This document shows positions 32,990 through 46,500 of a DNA stretch of 64,000 nt, in pieces (within the stretch, counting starts at the first letter, position 1; each line of letters starts with the position of its first letter). The notes beneath the pieces were generated by a model. It worked only from the letters and a program-made list of their open reading frames with translations. It searched no databases and was not told the DNA's origin. A program made the translations under genes and the position numbers. Source of the stretch: Squalus acanthias (Eukaryota); NCBI GenBank assembly GCA_030390025.1, contig JASTWF010000033.1, positions 1,366,001 to 1,430,000 on the forward strand, read 5' to 3'.

Positions 32990-35900
32990 TCAGTGGATGT
33001 CAGTCTGGGGCTGAATATTACATTCCTGGACTGTAAACACTGGGAGCCGCCTCTGGGCTGCGCACACTTGTTTCTGATTATTAATGAATTGAATAATTGA
33101 GGTAACCGGATATTTCACCGCGCTCTTCGCCTGCTCTCTGAACTTGGACTGGGTTACTCCATAAATAAATGTGTTTGTGCAGCAACTTAAATTCCGCAGC
33201 AGGAATCCGACTTGTTCAAAGATATATAAAGAACCAGTGTAATAAGCGGGATCTGTTCCTGTAATGCTATAATATAAGAAATATATAACATAGACCAGCC
33301 ACAGGAGTATGAAGCTGCCGGATATGGTGAAGAGTAAAATCATAGACTTCCTTCTGCTCTCCATCTCTGGGTCTCTGCCATTATCTCCCTTACTGTCACC
33401 CCTCAGTCCCTTACGGACCCGACTGGCCACTAAAATGTGTCTGACTGTCAGAGCGTTAAGCAACAGAATTAAAGCGAATGGGAGCAATGGGGTGAAAACC
33501 GTGTCAAACCAGTCAAATCCCACCCACCCGGGCTCTGTATAATAGCTTGGGATTATGTCACAGTACCACGGCACATTGTTGATTATCTCCCCGTGTTGAT
33601 ACATAAAGTAGAAGGGAACTGCTTTTAAACAGAGCAGAATGCAGCTTGTTGCCAGAACCACAGCCGCAGTTCTGTCGGTGCAATATTTAGTTTTCAGCTT
33701 CTGGCAACAAATGGCGACAAATCGATCAAAGGTGAAAGTGACGGTGAACCAGACAGAACAGTCTGTGGCTGCACTGGCCAGGACAGCGATAACACTACAC
33801 ACAGGGGTGATGTCCAGGAAACACAGTGGGAAATAAAGTCCATTGATCTGGGTCAGTATGACCTCAGTGACAATGACCAGGAAATCCGCCGCTGCCATGC
33901 CCACCAGGTAGCGAGTGGTGCAGGTGGAGAGCCCGCACTTTCCCCGGGACAGGATCACAATCGCCAGCAAATTCACTGTAAAACACAGAAGGGAAAAGAG
34001 AGTGGAAATTACTGATCACACATTCTCCGTGTCTGACCCCAGACAGTAAGGGCTGGATTTAAAAACCCCAAATACGGGTGGGTTGGGTCGGGTCAGAGGT
34101 GAAAATTTAAAAATATCGTCCCAACACCAACCCGCTCCAACCCGCCCGCTTCCGAGTTTAACGGAGACGGGACAGGGGGCGGGCAGCGAACCGTATCCAG
34201 GAGGCGGGTTGGCTGTTAAATATTTTAATGAGGCGGGCAGCCTCTGATTCAACCTGTTTTACAGGTTTCACTATGGCTGGGCCTCGGGAATGATTTAACA
34301 GCCCCCAAGGTCAACTCTTCGCCCGAACCCCCCCATGGATAGACCCTCGTGGTCGTGGTCGGACATCCCCAAGACTGGGGACTGGACACACCCCCGGGCG
34401 CAGTCAAACCCCCGGGACCGGTCAAACCCCCGGGATTGGGCAAACGCACGGGTCCGGTCAAACCCCGGGACTGGTCAAACTACTGGGTCCGGTCAAACCC
34501 CGGGACTGGTCAAACCCCCGGATCTGGTCAAACCCCGGGAACTGGTCAAACCACTGGGTCCGTTCAAACCCAGGGACTGGTCAAACCACTGGGTCCGGTC
34601 AAACCCCGGGACTGGTCAAACCCCCGAATCTGGTCAAACCCCGGGACTGGTCAAACCACTGGGTCCGGTCAAACCCCGGGACTGGTCAAACCCCCGAATC
34701 TGGTCAAACCCCGGGACTGGTCAAACCACTGGGTCCGGTCAAACCCCGGGACTGGTCAAACCACTGGGTCCGGTCAAACCCAGGGACCGGTCAAACCACT
34801 GGGTCCGGTCAAACCCAGGGACTGGTCAAACCACTGGGTCCGGTCAAACCCAGGGACTGGTCAAACTACTGGGTCCGGTCAAACCCAGGGACTGGTCAAA
34901 CTACTGGGTCCGGTCAAACCCCGGGACTGGTCAAACCACTGGGTCCGGTCAAACCCCGGGACCGGTCAAATCCCCGGGTCCGGTCAAACCCCGGGTCCGA
35001 TCAAACCCCAGGGTTCGGTCAAACATCCGGGTCCGTGATCGAACACACCGCAGGATGGGGCGTCCCGTCCCCCCTCCAGATTTGTGTTTCGGACCGACCT
35101 GCTACGGCGTCCCCCAACCCACGTCCGACTGGAAGCCCGACTGTCAATCAGGCTGAATTTTGGGGTGGGGAACCAGTCAAGGACAAAGGACGTACACAGT
35201 GGAGTTAAGACATTCCAATATCCGGGAATACCCGGAATTCCAGGTATCCTGTCTGATATTCCGCATTCACCCCGCAACCCCCCCCCCCCCCCCCACTCCC
35301 GGCCCTCGTACATAATCCGCCTCTGTTATTATCTCGGCATAATTGTTTGACCCATAGCAAAATACGGAGACCGCTGTAAATCTGATAAAAAAGACATTGC
35401 TGAAAACACTCAGCAGGTCAGGCAGCATCTGTGCGGAGAAAAACAAAGTTAATGTTTCAGGTCGATGACCTTTCATCAGAACTGGAAGATATCAGAAATT
35501 AACCGTATTAAAGCAATGATAGAGTCAGGGAAAAGTGCGGTAGCATAAGGTAATTAAGGAGGATTGTCTGTGATCGGCTGGAGGGCAGGAGTGATTCAAT
35601 GACTAAAGGGATGATGGTGCAAGGCGAATGGGACAATTAAAGAAACAGAAGATGGGTCTAGAGGAGGTGTAAATGGTTACAGCAGAATAACAGAGGGGGG
35701 AAGCATGGAAAATGTGGCAGAGAAAGTTGGCTAGATCCCAGGTGTTTGGACCAGCCCACCAGCTTTTAAATTCAAAGTTGAGTCTGGCAGGCAAAAAATG
35801 CCTTTTTGAAAAATACGGTGCTGCTCCTCATTGAGTTGAAAAGGGGAACAATGCAGGAGGCCGAGAACAGAGAGTTCAGAGTGGGAATGGGTTGTAGAAT

Positions 35901-38900
35901 TAAAGTGGCAAGTGAGCTGAAGCTCAGAGTCACAATTGCAGCCTGAATGGAAGCAATCACTCAATCTGCATTTAGTCCACCCAATGTACAGGAGACTGGA
36001 TCGAGGGCAGCGAATACGATATACAAATTGGAAGAAGTACAAGTAAGTTAGTGTTTCACGTGGATGGAATGTTTGGCGCCCTGGCTGGTGGGATGGAAAA
36101 AGGGGAAAGGGCAGCTGTTGCATCTCCTGCGCTTGCATAGAAAGGTGCCGGGGAAGGGGAGAAGATGTTAGGGGTGACGGAAGAGTGGACCAGGGTGTCA
36201 TGGGGACCGGAGGGACGGGATGGCAGGGGAAAATATGTTTGTTGGTGGCCTTAGATGGACATGACGGAAATGGCAAAGGATGATCCGTTTAATGTGAAGG
36301 TTGGTGCAGTGGAAGCTTAAGACAAGGGGAACCCTACCTGGGTTCTAACAGGGAGGGCAAGGGGCGATGGCAGCAATGCAGGATTGACACGGTCGAGGGC
36401 CCTGTCAATCATAATGGAGGTGAATCCCCGGCTGATGAAATATGAAGACATTTCGGAAGCACTGGTGTGGAAGGTAGCATCGTCAGAACATATGCAACGG
36501 TGGCGGAGAAACTTTGAGAGTAGAATAGAGCACTTCCAGGAAGCCGGGTTGGGAGGAAGTCTACTCAAGATTCCTGCGATAATCGGTGGGCTTCTAGTCG
36601 ATATTGGTGGACGGCCTAGCCTCTGAAATGGAAATCGAGAAGTCCAGGAAGGGAAGGGAAGACCACTGTGGTTCACCATTTACATGTTATTCAAGGATTT
36701 AAAATGGAAGATAGAACAATTCCAAGGATCTACAGACTAGTTGGCATAACGTCGGTGGTAGGAAAGATAATGGAATCCTTACTCAAAGATGTAACAGAAA
36801 AACATCTAGAAACATAAAATATAGGAACGAGTAATCAGCAGGTATTACAAAAAGGGAATCATAGAATGTTTACAAAACAGAAGGAGGCCATTCGGCCCGT
36901 CGAGCACGTGCTCACTCTCTGCACACGTACTTCAGCTACTCCCAATCCCCCGCCCTTTCGTCGTAGCCCTGCATTTTTTTTCCTTCAGGTACTTATCCCA
37001 TTAACTTTTGAAAGCCACAATTGAATCTGCCTCCACCACCCTTTCAGACAGTGCATTCCAGATCATAACCACTCGCTGCCTTAAAATGTTTTTCCTCATG
37101 TCGCCTTTAGATCATCAGCACACCACCAAAAACCTGTGTACTCTGGTTCTCGACCGTTCAAACAATGGGAACAGCTTCTCTCTATCTACTCTGTCTACTC
37201 TGTCTAGACCTCTCATGATTTTGATCACCTCTATCAAATATCTTCTCATTCTTCTCTGCTCTAAGGAGAACAACCCCAGCTTCTCTGTTATATCTACGTA
37301 ACTGAATTCCCTCATCCCTGGAACCATTCTTGTAAATCTGTTCTGCACCATCTCTAAAGCCTTCAGCCCTTCCTAAAGTGCGGTACCCAGAATTGGACAC
37401 AATACTCAGGTTGTGGCAGAATAAATGTTTTACAAATGTTTATTATAACTTTCTTGCTTTTGTAATCTATACCTCTATTTATAAAGTCCAGATTCCCGGT
37501 AGCTGTTTTATTCGCTTTCTCAAACTGCCTGCCACCTTCAATGATTTTTGTACATTTACTCTCAGGTCCCTATGTTCCTGCACCCCCTTTAGAATGTCTT
37601 GCTAGAGTAACTTTAGTGAATTCTTTGAATAAGTATCAGAAAGAGTAGATAAGGGTAATATGGTAGATGTAATATATTTTGATTTTTTTTGTAAAGCCAT
37701 TCGATAAGGTACCACATAGCAGACTGAATCACAGAGCAAGTGGAGTTAGAAGACAAGCAGCAGAATAGATAGCAAGATGGCTGCAAGAACAGAAAATAGG
37801 GAGTAGTGGATAAAGCTTTTTACTCAGATAGGTGGATGGTGAGAAGTGATGTTCCACAATGATCGGCGTTGGGACCACAGTTGTTCCCCACTTACATAAA
37901 CGATATTGATTCGGGAAGCAAGCACACATTCAAAATATGCAGGCGAATCCAAATTGGGAATGCAGTTAATACAGAGGAATAATGCAACACAATACCTGAA
38001 GACATTAATAAACTTGCAGAAAGGGCGATTAAGTGGAAAATTAATGTCAATGTAACTAAGTGAGAGGTACTGCATTTTGGTAGGAAGAATAAGGTTCCCA
38101 AATAATGCTTGGAAAATCAGACTTGGAGTGGGGTACAGGGGCACCGATTAACAAATCATGTAAAGTAGCAACGCATGTTAACATGACCATAAACATGGAA
38201 AGAAAGCACTGGGGTTCATTTCTAGAAGAATAGAATCGTAAAGCAAAGTGGTTAGCTTAAACTTATATCGAACCTTGGTTATGCCACACTGAGCGTACTG
38301 TGTGCAGTTCTGATCTCCATATTACATAAAGGATATTAAGGCTCAGGAGAAAGTGCATTTTTTTACAAGGATGACACCAGAACTGAAACATTATAAGCAT
38401 CAGGAAGATTGAACAGGCTGGGGCTCCTTTCTTTACAAAATAGAAGGCTGAGGGGTGGCCTAATAGAGGCCTTTAAATTTTAAAGGTGTAACATAGAGTA
38501 GATGTTTATACTTGAGACGTGAGGGCAAAATTGGAGATTAAAGATAAAAGATAGTCACTAATAAATCCAATACGGAATTGAGGAGAAATTTATTTACTCA
38601 GAGATTGGTTAAAATGTGGAACTCGCTACAACTTGGAATACTTGAGGCGAATAGCAGAGATACATTTAAGGGTAAGCTAGAGAAGTACACCAGGTAGAAA
38701 GCAGTAAAGGTTATGCTGATAGGGTTAGATGAAGAGGGGTGGGAGGGGGCTGCTGTGGAGCATAAACACTGGCATGACCTAGTCTGGCCGAATGGCCTGT
38801 TTTGTGCTGTAAGTTCTAAGGAGTTCTCCGTAACTTGAGTAAAAAATTATCACATTCATCAGTTAATTTAATCATTGCGGATATTGAAGTGTTTTAGTTA

Positions 38901-40758
38901 TTGAAGCATTGCACTATTTATTTCATTATTATCACTTTATTAATTCTATTATTTACTCCCCCCGGGACTGATCTGTGTAATATGAATACCTGATATGCAT
39001 GTTCTTCAGTTATACGTGTCTCTCCTCGCATGGAATCACGTCACTGAGCTAAAACCAGAGATCGTTGTAGGTTACCTGTGTAGAAACTCTCAATCATAGA
39101 TAAGAACTGGTTCGACAAACCTTAATCAGTTACAGAAGTGGAATAATCAATAACCACAGCCCAATATTCATCCAGTCTAACGGTAACATAACGAAATTCA
39201 GCTCTCAGGACCACAGATTCTCAGAACCGTGTTGGGAGAAAGGGATTAATCAGCACCAAAACAATTAAAGTGCTTACAATAACTATACTTAGAGCAAGAA
39301 TAAGTCATTATAGAAAATAATTGAATACTGTAACATTGCTGTCTTTCTGCTTACCTCACAGTAATTAGTTAGCATATTTTTCTATTGTCGCAGTTCAATA
39401 GGAAACAAAGCATTATCAATGCATTTCACCTCATATATGAACATAAGAACATAAGAAATAAGAGCAGGAGTAGGCCATACGGCCCCTGAGCCTGCTCCAC
39501 CATTCAATAAGATCATGGCTTATCATCGACCTCAACTCCACTTTCCCGCCCGATCTCCAGATCCCTTGATTTCCCTCGAATCCAAAAATCCATCTGTCGC
39601 AGTCTTGAATATACTCAAAGACTCAGCATTCACAGGCCTCTGGGGCACAGAATTCCAAAGATTCAACACCCTCTGAGTGAAGAATATCCTTCTCATCTCA
39701 GTCTTAAATGGTCTACCTCTGATCCTGAGACTATGCCCCCTCGTTCTAGACACTCCAGCCAGTGAAACAACCTCTCAGCATCTAACCCTGGCAATCCCCT
39801 TCAGAATATTGTACGTTTCAATGAGATCAGCTCTCATTCTTCAAAACTCCAGAGATTATAGGCCCATTCTACACAATCTCTAATCTTGGGCAGCCCTCTC
39901 ATCACAGGAATCAATCTCGTGAACCTTCGTTGCAGCGCCTCATATGCTTACAATCAAACTTCTTCAACCAAAAGCAAAAATCTTCTCCTTTGCCATTGAT
40001 TACATTCGGAAAACACGAAGCAGCAACCTGAAGGGGAGAGATCAGTCATATAAAACAATTATTTCAAATTGGATCCGACGGCTTCCAGTCCATTTAGTGA
40101 CCCACACTCAGTACAATTCTACAGTGACAGATAATCCCAGTAATACATTACCATTAGGATTAAGTGTTCCACTCCGGTTAGTGACCCACACTCAGTACAG
40201 TTCTACAGTGACAGATACTCCCAGTAATACCTGGCCACTGGGGTCAGGTGTTCCACTCCGGTTAGTGACCCACACTCAGTACAGTTCTACAGTGACAGAT
40301 ACTCCCAGTAATACATGGCCACTGGGATGAGGTGGTCCACTCCAGTTAGTGACCCACACTCAGTAGTTCTACAATGACAGTCCCTTCCACTACTACCTTC
40401 TCTCACACAGTTGCTTACACTGTGGTCTGATTCAACAGTGCACAGTATTACACTAAAGGCAATGACTTTATTACACAGCGAGACCGGGAGTTACAAACAG
40501 AGTTTTAATTTCAGTCGAGGTAATGGAATAAAATCTCAGAGGTAATTCAGGACATTTGACGACGACACGAAATTTTTACACTGATCGGGAGTCTGTATAA
40601 CGGTGACCACTAGATCAGGATGTAACATTATCAGTCACAGAGACCAGCCCACACACAGATTTACCCAACTTCAATGGTTACACTCACTTACCAGTTACAC
40701 CAATGACGGCAATGATCATGTAGTATATTTTCTCCACACTGAAATATGTGTTGTACAT
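32990..40758 (-). CDS. GPR139-like class A orphan GPCR, two coding exons (40758-40692; 33975-32990), 350 aa, apparently intact
   Basis: Exon 1 MYNTYFSVEKIYYMIIAVIGVT ends G|GTAAGT (phase 1). Exon 2 starts ttacag|TG and gives VNLLAIVILSRGKCGLS, YLVGMAAAD, FTFDRFVAIC, PLLPFALILLLN, NTFIY, in a 7-TM pattern. Orthology to GPR139 itself is not established. Confidence 0.9.
34400..35030. repeat. 18-19-bp GC-rich tandem repeat (GGTCAAACC core, ~33 units, mostly 37-bp dimers) in the GPCR intron
   Basis: ggtcaaaccccgggact / ggtcaaaccactgggtcc alternate. The array sits in a GC-rich insertion of about 34050-35300. Confidence 0.92.
35355..36680 (-). mobile_element. Degenerate Penelope-like element (RT thumb/linker + GIY-YIG endonuclease + 3' terminal sequence)
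   Basis: LSKFLRHRCICSDDATFHTSASEMSSYFISRGF; VYRIRCPRSSLLYIGWTKCRLSDCF; CHFNSTTHSHSELSVLGL; EEQHRIF. Confidence 0.85.
36720..38820 (+). mobile_element. Old CR1 LINE fragment, interrupted by an opposite-strand CR1
   Basis: Degenerate RT remnants (VVGKIMESLLKDV; KPFDKVPH; GSALGPQLF; YCVQF) and 3' UTR at ~38700-38820. Confidence 0.8.
36859..37600 (-). mobile_element. 5'-truncated CR1 LINE nested in the older CR1
   Basis: VQNRFTRMVPGMREFSY...LGLFSLEQRRMR; 3' UTR and tail near 36859. Confidence 0.88.
39438..39942 (-). mobile_element. CR1 3' fragment
   Basis: (CATAAGAA)n tail; SRTRGHSLRIRGRPFKTEMRRIFFTQRV. Confidence 0.9.
40085..40380. repeat. 84-bp tandem repeat, ~3.4 copies, in the GPCR intron
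   Basis: ttagtgacccacactcagta recurs at ~40094, 40178, 40262 and 40346. Confidence 0.92.
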
Positions 40759-40822
40759 TTTCTTTGTGAAGCGATGTGTCCCTTCGTGCTGCAGGCAATC
40801 TCTCTGAATTAAACTCTGAGGC

Positions 40823-40850
40823 GGGACATTCCCAGAGCCTGCAATTTATA
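40823..40850 (-). promoter_or_regulatory. Candidate GPCR core promoter: TATAAA (40850-40845) and a kappaB-like GGGAATGTCCC (40833-40823)
   Basis: The TATA box is ~87 nt upstream of the exon 1 ATG; motif match only. Confidence 0.5.
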
Positions 40851-41299
40851 CCCTGCGGGATATCCACGGGGATATTGAGGTTGCAACATCGCTGAAAATA
40901 CAATTTTAAAACACATTTGAACAAACAGATGAAGTCAGCCGTGTTAATTCCCTGTTGGTATAGAATATATTTAATGCTGAGATTGTAATTGAAAACCCCA
41001 AAGACCGGACAATTCTGATCACATGAATTAACCAATGGAAATTGCCAGCTGTATTCTCCCAGCAATAGGGTTATTCCTTCAAACTTCACCACGCCCATCT
41101 CTAGACCTAATCTTATTTCGGTGATGTCCTTCATTTTTCTGAGGCCTTTCAGTAATTAAGTTCAAAATGTTACACTGCCCTTTCAGGGATGCTCTGCTGC
41201 ACTCTGGGATGGGGCTATCATCTTTAACTGTGGCCATTCAGTAATTCAATTCAAAATGTCATACTGCCCTTTCAAGTATGCTCTGCTGCACTCTGGTAT

Positions 41300-42371
41300 G
41301 AACATAAGAATATAAGAACATCTGAAATAAGAGCAGGAGTAGGCCATTCGGCCCCTCGAGCCTGCTCCGTCATTCAATAAGATGATGGCTGATCTTCTGC
41401 CTCCACTCCATTCACCGCCTCTACCGCCATATCACATGGTGCCCTTACTAGTCAGAAATCAATCGACTTCTGTTTTGAATATACCCAATGACTGAGCCTC
41501 CACAGCCCTGTGGGGTAGAGAATTTCAAAGATTCACCACCCTCTGTGTGAAGAAATTTCTTCTCATCTCTGTCCTGAATGGCCTACCCTTTATCTTGAGG
41601 CTGTGACCCTTGGTTCTAGACTCCCTAGCCAAGGGAAACATTCTCCCAGCATCCATCCTATCAAGACCTGTAATAATTTTGTATGCTTCAATGAGATCCC
41701 CTCTCCTTCTTCTGAATTCAAGAGAATACAGGCCTAGTTTACTCAATCTCTTCTAATACGACAGTCCCGCCATCCCAGGAACCATTCTCGTGAACCTTCG
41801 TTGCAATCCCTCTATGGCAAGTATATCCTTCCTTAGGTAAGGAGACCAAAATTGTGCACAGTACTCCAGGTGTGGTCTCACCAACGCCCTATATAATTGG
41901 AGTAAGACTTCCTTACTCCTGTACTCAAATCCTCTTGTAATGACGGCTAGCATATAATTTGCCTTCCTAATGGCTTGCTGCACCTGCACATTCACTTTCT
42001 GTGACTCATGTATAAGGACACCCAACTCCCTTTGAGCATCTATATTCCCCAGTCTTTCACTATTTAGGAAATACTCTGCCTTTCTGTTTTTCCCACTAAT
42101 ATGGATAACTTCACATTCATCCACATTATATTCCATCTGCCATGTTCTCGCCCACTCACTGAGCCTGTCGATATCCCCTTGAAGTCTCTTCACTTCCTCT
42201 TCGCAACTGACGCTGCCACCTAGCTTTGTATCATCAGCAAATTTTGAAATATTACATTTAGTCCCCTCATCCAAATCATTGATATAGATTGTGAATAGCT
42301 GGGGCCCAAGCACCGATTCTTGCGGTACCCCACTAGTCACAGCCTGCCATCCTGAAAAAGACACGTTTATC
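41300..42371 (-). mobile_element. 5'-truncated CR1 LINE in the 89-bp satellite
   Basis: SGVPQESVLGPQLF, ISKFADDTK, RPHLEYCAQFWSP; tail at 41300-41325. Confidence 0.95.
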
Positions 42372-43580
42372 CCTCTGGGAAGGGGCTGTCCTCTTTAACT
42401 GTGGCCATTTCAGTAATTAAATTCCAAATGTTAGATTGTCCTCTCAGGGCTGCTCTGCTCCACACTGGAATGGGTCTGTCCTTTTTAACTGTGGCTTATC
42501 AGTCATTCAATTCTAAATGTTATAGTGCTTTCTCATCGATGTTCTTCTGCTCGCTGGGATGGGTCAGCCCTCTTTAAATTTGGCCATTCAGTAATTAAGT
42601 TCCAAATGTTGTTATGTCCTCACACTGCTGCTCTGCTGCACTCTGGGATTGTGCCGTCCTCTTTTTATTTGGCCATTCAGTAATTAAATTCCAAATTTCA
42701 GAATGTTCTCTCGTGCTGTTCTGCTGCACTCTGCGATGGGTTTGCCTCTTTAACTGCGGCCATTCAATAATTAAATTACACATGTTAGTGTTTCCTCTCA
42801 GGGCTGCTCTGCTGCACTCTGGGATGGGTCTTTCATTTACAACTGAGGCTATTCAATAATTAGTTCCAACTGTTAAAGTGTCCTCTCAGGGCTGCTCTGC
42901 TGCAGTCTGGGGTGAGTCTGTCTTCTTTAACTGTGACCATTCATTAATTAAATTAAAAATGTTAGTGTGTCCTCTCAGGGCTGCTGTGCTGTACTCTGGG
43001 ATGGGTCTGGCTCTTTAACTGTGGTTATTCAGTAATTTAATTCCAAATGTAAGAGTGTACTCTCAAGGTTGCTCTGCTGCACTCTGTGATGGGTCTGCCC
43101 TCTTTAACTGTGGCCAATCAGCAATTTAATTCGAAATCTTAGAGTGTCCTCTCAGGGCTGGTCTGCTGCACGCTGGGATTGTATTGCCATCTTTAACTGT
43201 GGCCATGCAATATTTAATTTCTAAATTTTAGAGTGTCCTCTGAAGTTTGCTCCGCTGCACTCTGGGATGTGGCTGTCCCCTTTAATCTTGGCCATCCGAT
43301 AATTAAATTCCAAATGTTAGCGTGTCCTCTCAGGGCTGGTCTGCTGCACTCTGGGTTGTGTCTGTGCTCCTTAACTGTGGCCATTCAGTAGTGAATTTCT
43401 AAATTTTAGAGTGTCGTTTAAAAGGATGTACTACTGCACTCTGGGAAGGGGCTGCCCTTTTAACTTTGGCCATTCAGTAATTAAATTCCGAATCTCGGAC
43501 TGTCCTCTCAGGGCTGCTCTGCTGCACACTGGGATTTGGCTGTCCTATTTTACCTTGGCCATTCAGTAATTTAATTGAAT

Positions 43581-46500
43581 GGAGGAATTGAATAAAATCA
43601 GTATTTGTAGGGAAATGGTGTTAGGGAAATTGACGGGATTGAAGGCCGATAAATCACCAGGGCATGATAATCTAAATCCTAGGGTACTTAAGGAAGTGGA
43701 CCTATAAATAATAGATGCATTGCTGTTCATCTTCCAAAATTCTATAGACTCTGGAACAGTTCCCATGGATTGGAGGGTTGCTAATGTAACCACACTATTT
43801 AAAAAAAGGTGGTAGAGAGAAAACGGGGAATTATAGACCGGTCAGCCTGACATCGATAGTATCAAAAATGCTAGAGTCCATTATAAAAGATGTAATAGCA
43901 GAGCACTTGGAAAACAGTGACAGGATCGGACAAATCAACATGGATATACAAAAGGTAAATCATGCGTGAATAATCTACTGGAATTTTTTGAGGATGCAAC
44001 TGGTAGAATAGATAAGGGAGAACCAGTAGATGTGGTGTATTTGGACTTTCAGAATGCTTTTGATGAGGTCCCGCATAAGAGATTGGCGGGCAAAGTTAAA
44101 GCAGATGGGATTAGGGAGAAGGTATTGACTTGGTCAGAGAAGTGATTGGCAGACAGGAAGCATATAGTTGGAATAAATGTATCTTTTTTTCCGAGTGGCA
44201 GGCAGTGACTTGTGGGGTACCGCAGGGATCGGTGCTAGGAAGCCAGTTATTCACAATATATATGAATGATCTAGACGAGGGAACTAGATGTAATATCTCC
44301 AAGTTTGCAGACGACACAAAGCTGGGTGGGCGTGTGTGCTGTGAGGAGGATGCAGAGAAACTCCAGTATGATTTGGACAGGTTGGGTGATTGGGCAGTTG
44401 CATAGCAGATGCAGTGTAATGTGGATAAATGCGATGTTCTCCACTTTGGTGGCAAAAACAGGAAGACAGATTATTATCTGTGGATAAAGGGGAACCAATG
44501 GACGTAGTGTATTTAGACTTCCAGAAGGCATTCGACAAGGTGCCACATAAAAGATTATTGCTCAAGATAAAAAATCACTGGATTGGGGGGAATATTCTGG
44601 CATGGGTGGAGGATTGGTTATCTAACAGGAAGCAGAGAGTTGGGATAAATGGTTCATTCTCGGACTGGCAACCAGTAGCCAGTGGTGTTCCGCAAAGGTC
44701 GGTGCTGGGTCCCCAACTCTTTACAAGCTATATTAACGATTTGGAGGAGGGGACCGAGTGTAACATATCAAAGTTTGCAGATGATACAAAGATGGGAGGG
44801 AAAGTAGAAAGTGAGGAGGACATAAAAAACCTACAAGGGGATATAGACAAGCTGGGTGAGTGGGCGGAGATTTGGCAGATGCAATACAATATTGGAAAAT
44901 GTGAGGTTATACACTTTGGCAGGAAAAATCAGAGAGCAAGTTATTATCTTAATGGCGAGAAACTGGAAAGTACTGCAGTACAAAGGGATCTGGGGGTCCT
45001 AGTGCAAGAAAATCAAAAAGTTAGTATGCAGGTGCAGCAGGTGATCAAGAAGGCCAACGGAATGTTGGCTTTTATTGCTAGGGGCATAGATTATAAAAAC
45101 AGGGAGGTATTGCTGCAGTTATATAAGGTATTGGTGAGACCACATCTGGAATACTGCATACAGTTTTGGTGTCCATACTTAAGAAAATACATACTTGCTC
45201 TCGAGGCAGTGCAAAGAAGGTTCACTCGGTTGGTCCCCGGAATGAGGGGGTTGACATATGAGGAGAGGTTGAGTAGATTGGGACTCTACTCATTGGAGTT
45301 CAGAAGAGTGAGAGGCGATCTTATTGAAACATATAAGATTGTGAAAGGGCTTGATCGGGTGGATGCGGTAAGGATGTTCCCAAGGATGGGTGAAACTAGA
45401 ACTAGGGGGCATAATCTTAGAATAAAGGGCTGCTCTTTCAAAACTGAGATGAGGAGAAACTTCTTCACTCAGAGGGTAGTAGGTCTGTGGAATTTGCTGC
45501 CTCAGGAAGCTGTGGAAGCTACATCATTAAACAAATTTAAAACAGAAATAGACAGTTTCCTAGAAGTAAAGGGAATCAGGGGTTACGGGGAGCGGGCAGG
45601 AAATTGGACATGAGGCTGAGTTCGGATCGGTCGAGGCCCTGTAGGTGGCATTGCGGGCACAGGGGCTGAGTGGCCGGGTCCTGCTCCTACTTCTTGTGTT
45701 CCTTAGTTTTGAGGTGAGGATCAGATCAGCCATGATCTCATTGAATGGCGGAGCAGGCTCGAAGGGCCGATTGGCCTACTCCTGCTCCTATTTCTTATGT
45801 TCTTATGTTCTTATGTTCTTCTTATCTGAACGGCAATAGATTGGGAAAAGGGGTAGTGCAACGAGACCTGGGTGTCCTTGTGCAACAGTCGCTGAAGGTA
45901 AGTATGCAGGTGCAGCAGACGGTTAAGAAGGCAAATGGTATGCTGGCCTTCATAGCGAGAGGATTCGAGTACAGGAGCAAGGATGTCTTGCTGCAGCTGT
46001 ACAAAGCCTTGATGAGACCACACCTTGAGTATTGTGTGCAGTTTTGGTCGCCTTATCTGAGGAAGAATGTTCTTGCCATGTTGGGAGTGTTGCGAAGATT
46101 CACCAAACTGATACCTGAGATGGCAGGAATGACGTATGAAGAGAGATTGGGTCGATTAGGCTTATATTCGCTCGAGTTTAGAAGAATGAGGGGGGATGTC
46201 ATTGAAACGTATACAATTCTAACAGGACTAGACAGACTAGATGCAGGAAGGATGTTCCTGATGGCGGGGGTGTCCAGAATCAGAGGTCACATTCTATGGA
46301 TAAGGGGAAAGCCATTTAGGACTGAGATGAGGAGGAATTTCTTCACCCAGAGAGTGGTGAACCTGTGGAATTCTCTACCACTGAAGGCAGTTTAGGCCAA
46401 TTCATTAAATATATTCAAGAAGGAGTTAGATATATTTCTTAAGGCTAAAGGGACCAAGGGATATGGAGAGAAAGCAGGGACAGGGGACTGAATTTGGATG

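Noticed and set aside
34335..35156. 273-aa and 229-aa repetitive ORFs
   Set aside because: They are translations of the 18-19-bp tandem repeat, which is open in several frames.
39350..39440. Alternative GPCR exon 1 ending at GAG|GTAAGC
   Set aside because: The upstream frame has stops and no TM1-like sequence. The 40758-40692 exon fits both phase and sequence.
44429..45613. 394-aa standalone reverse transcriptase gene
   Set aside because: It is a 5'-truncated CR1 fused by chance to an upstream ATG in the host CR1, and it lacks the endonuclease and the RT N-terminus.
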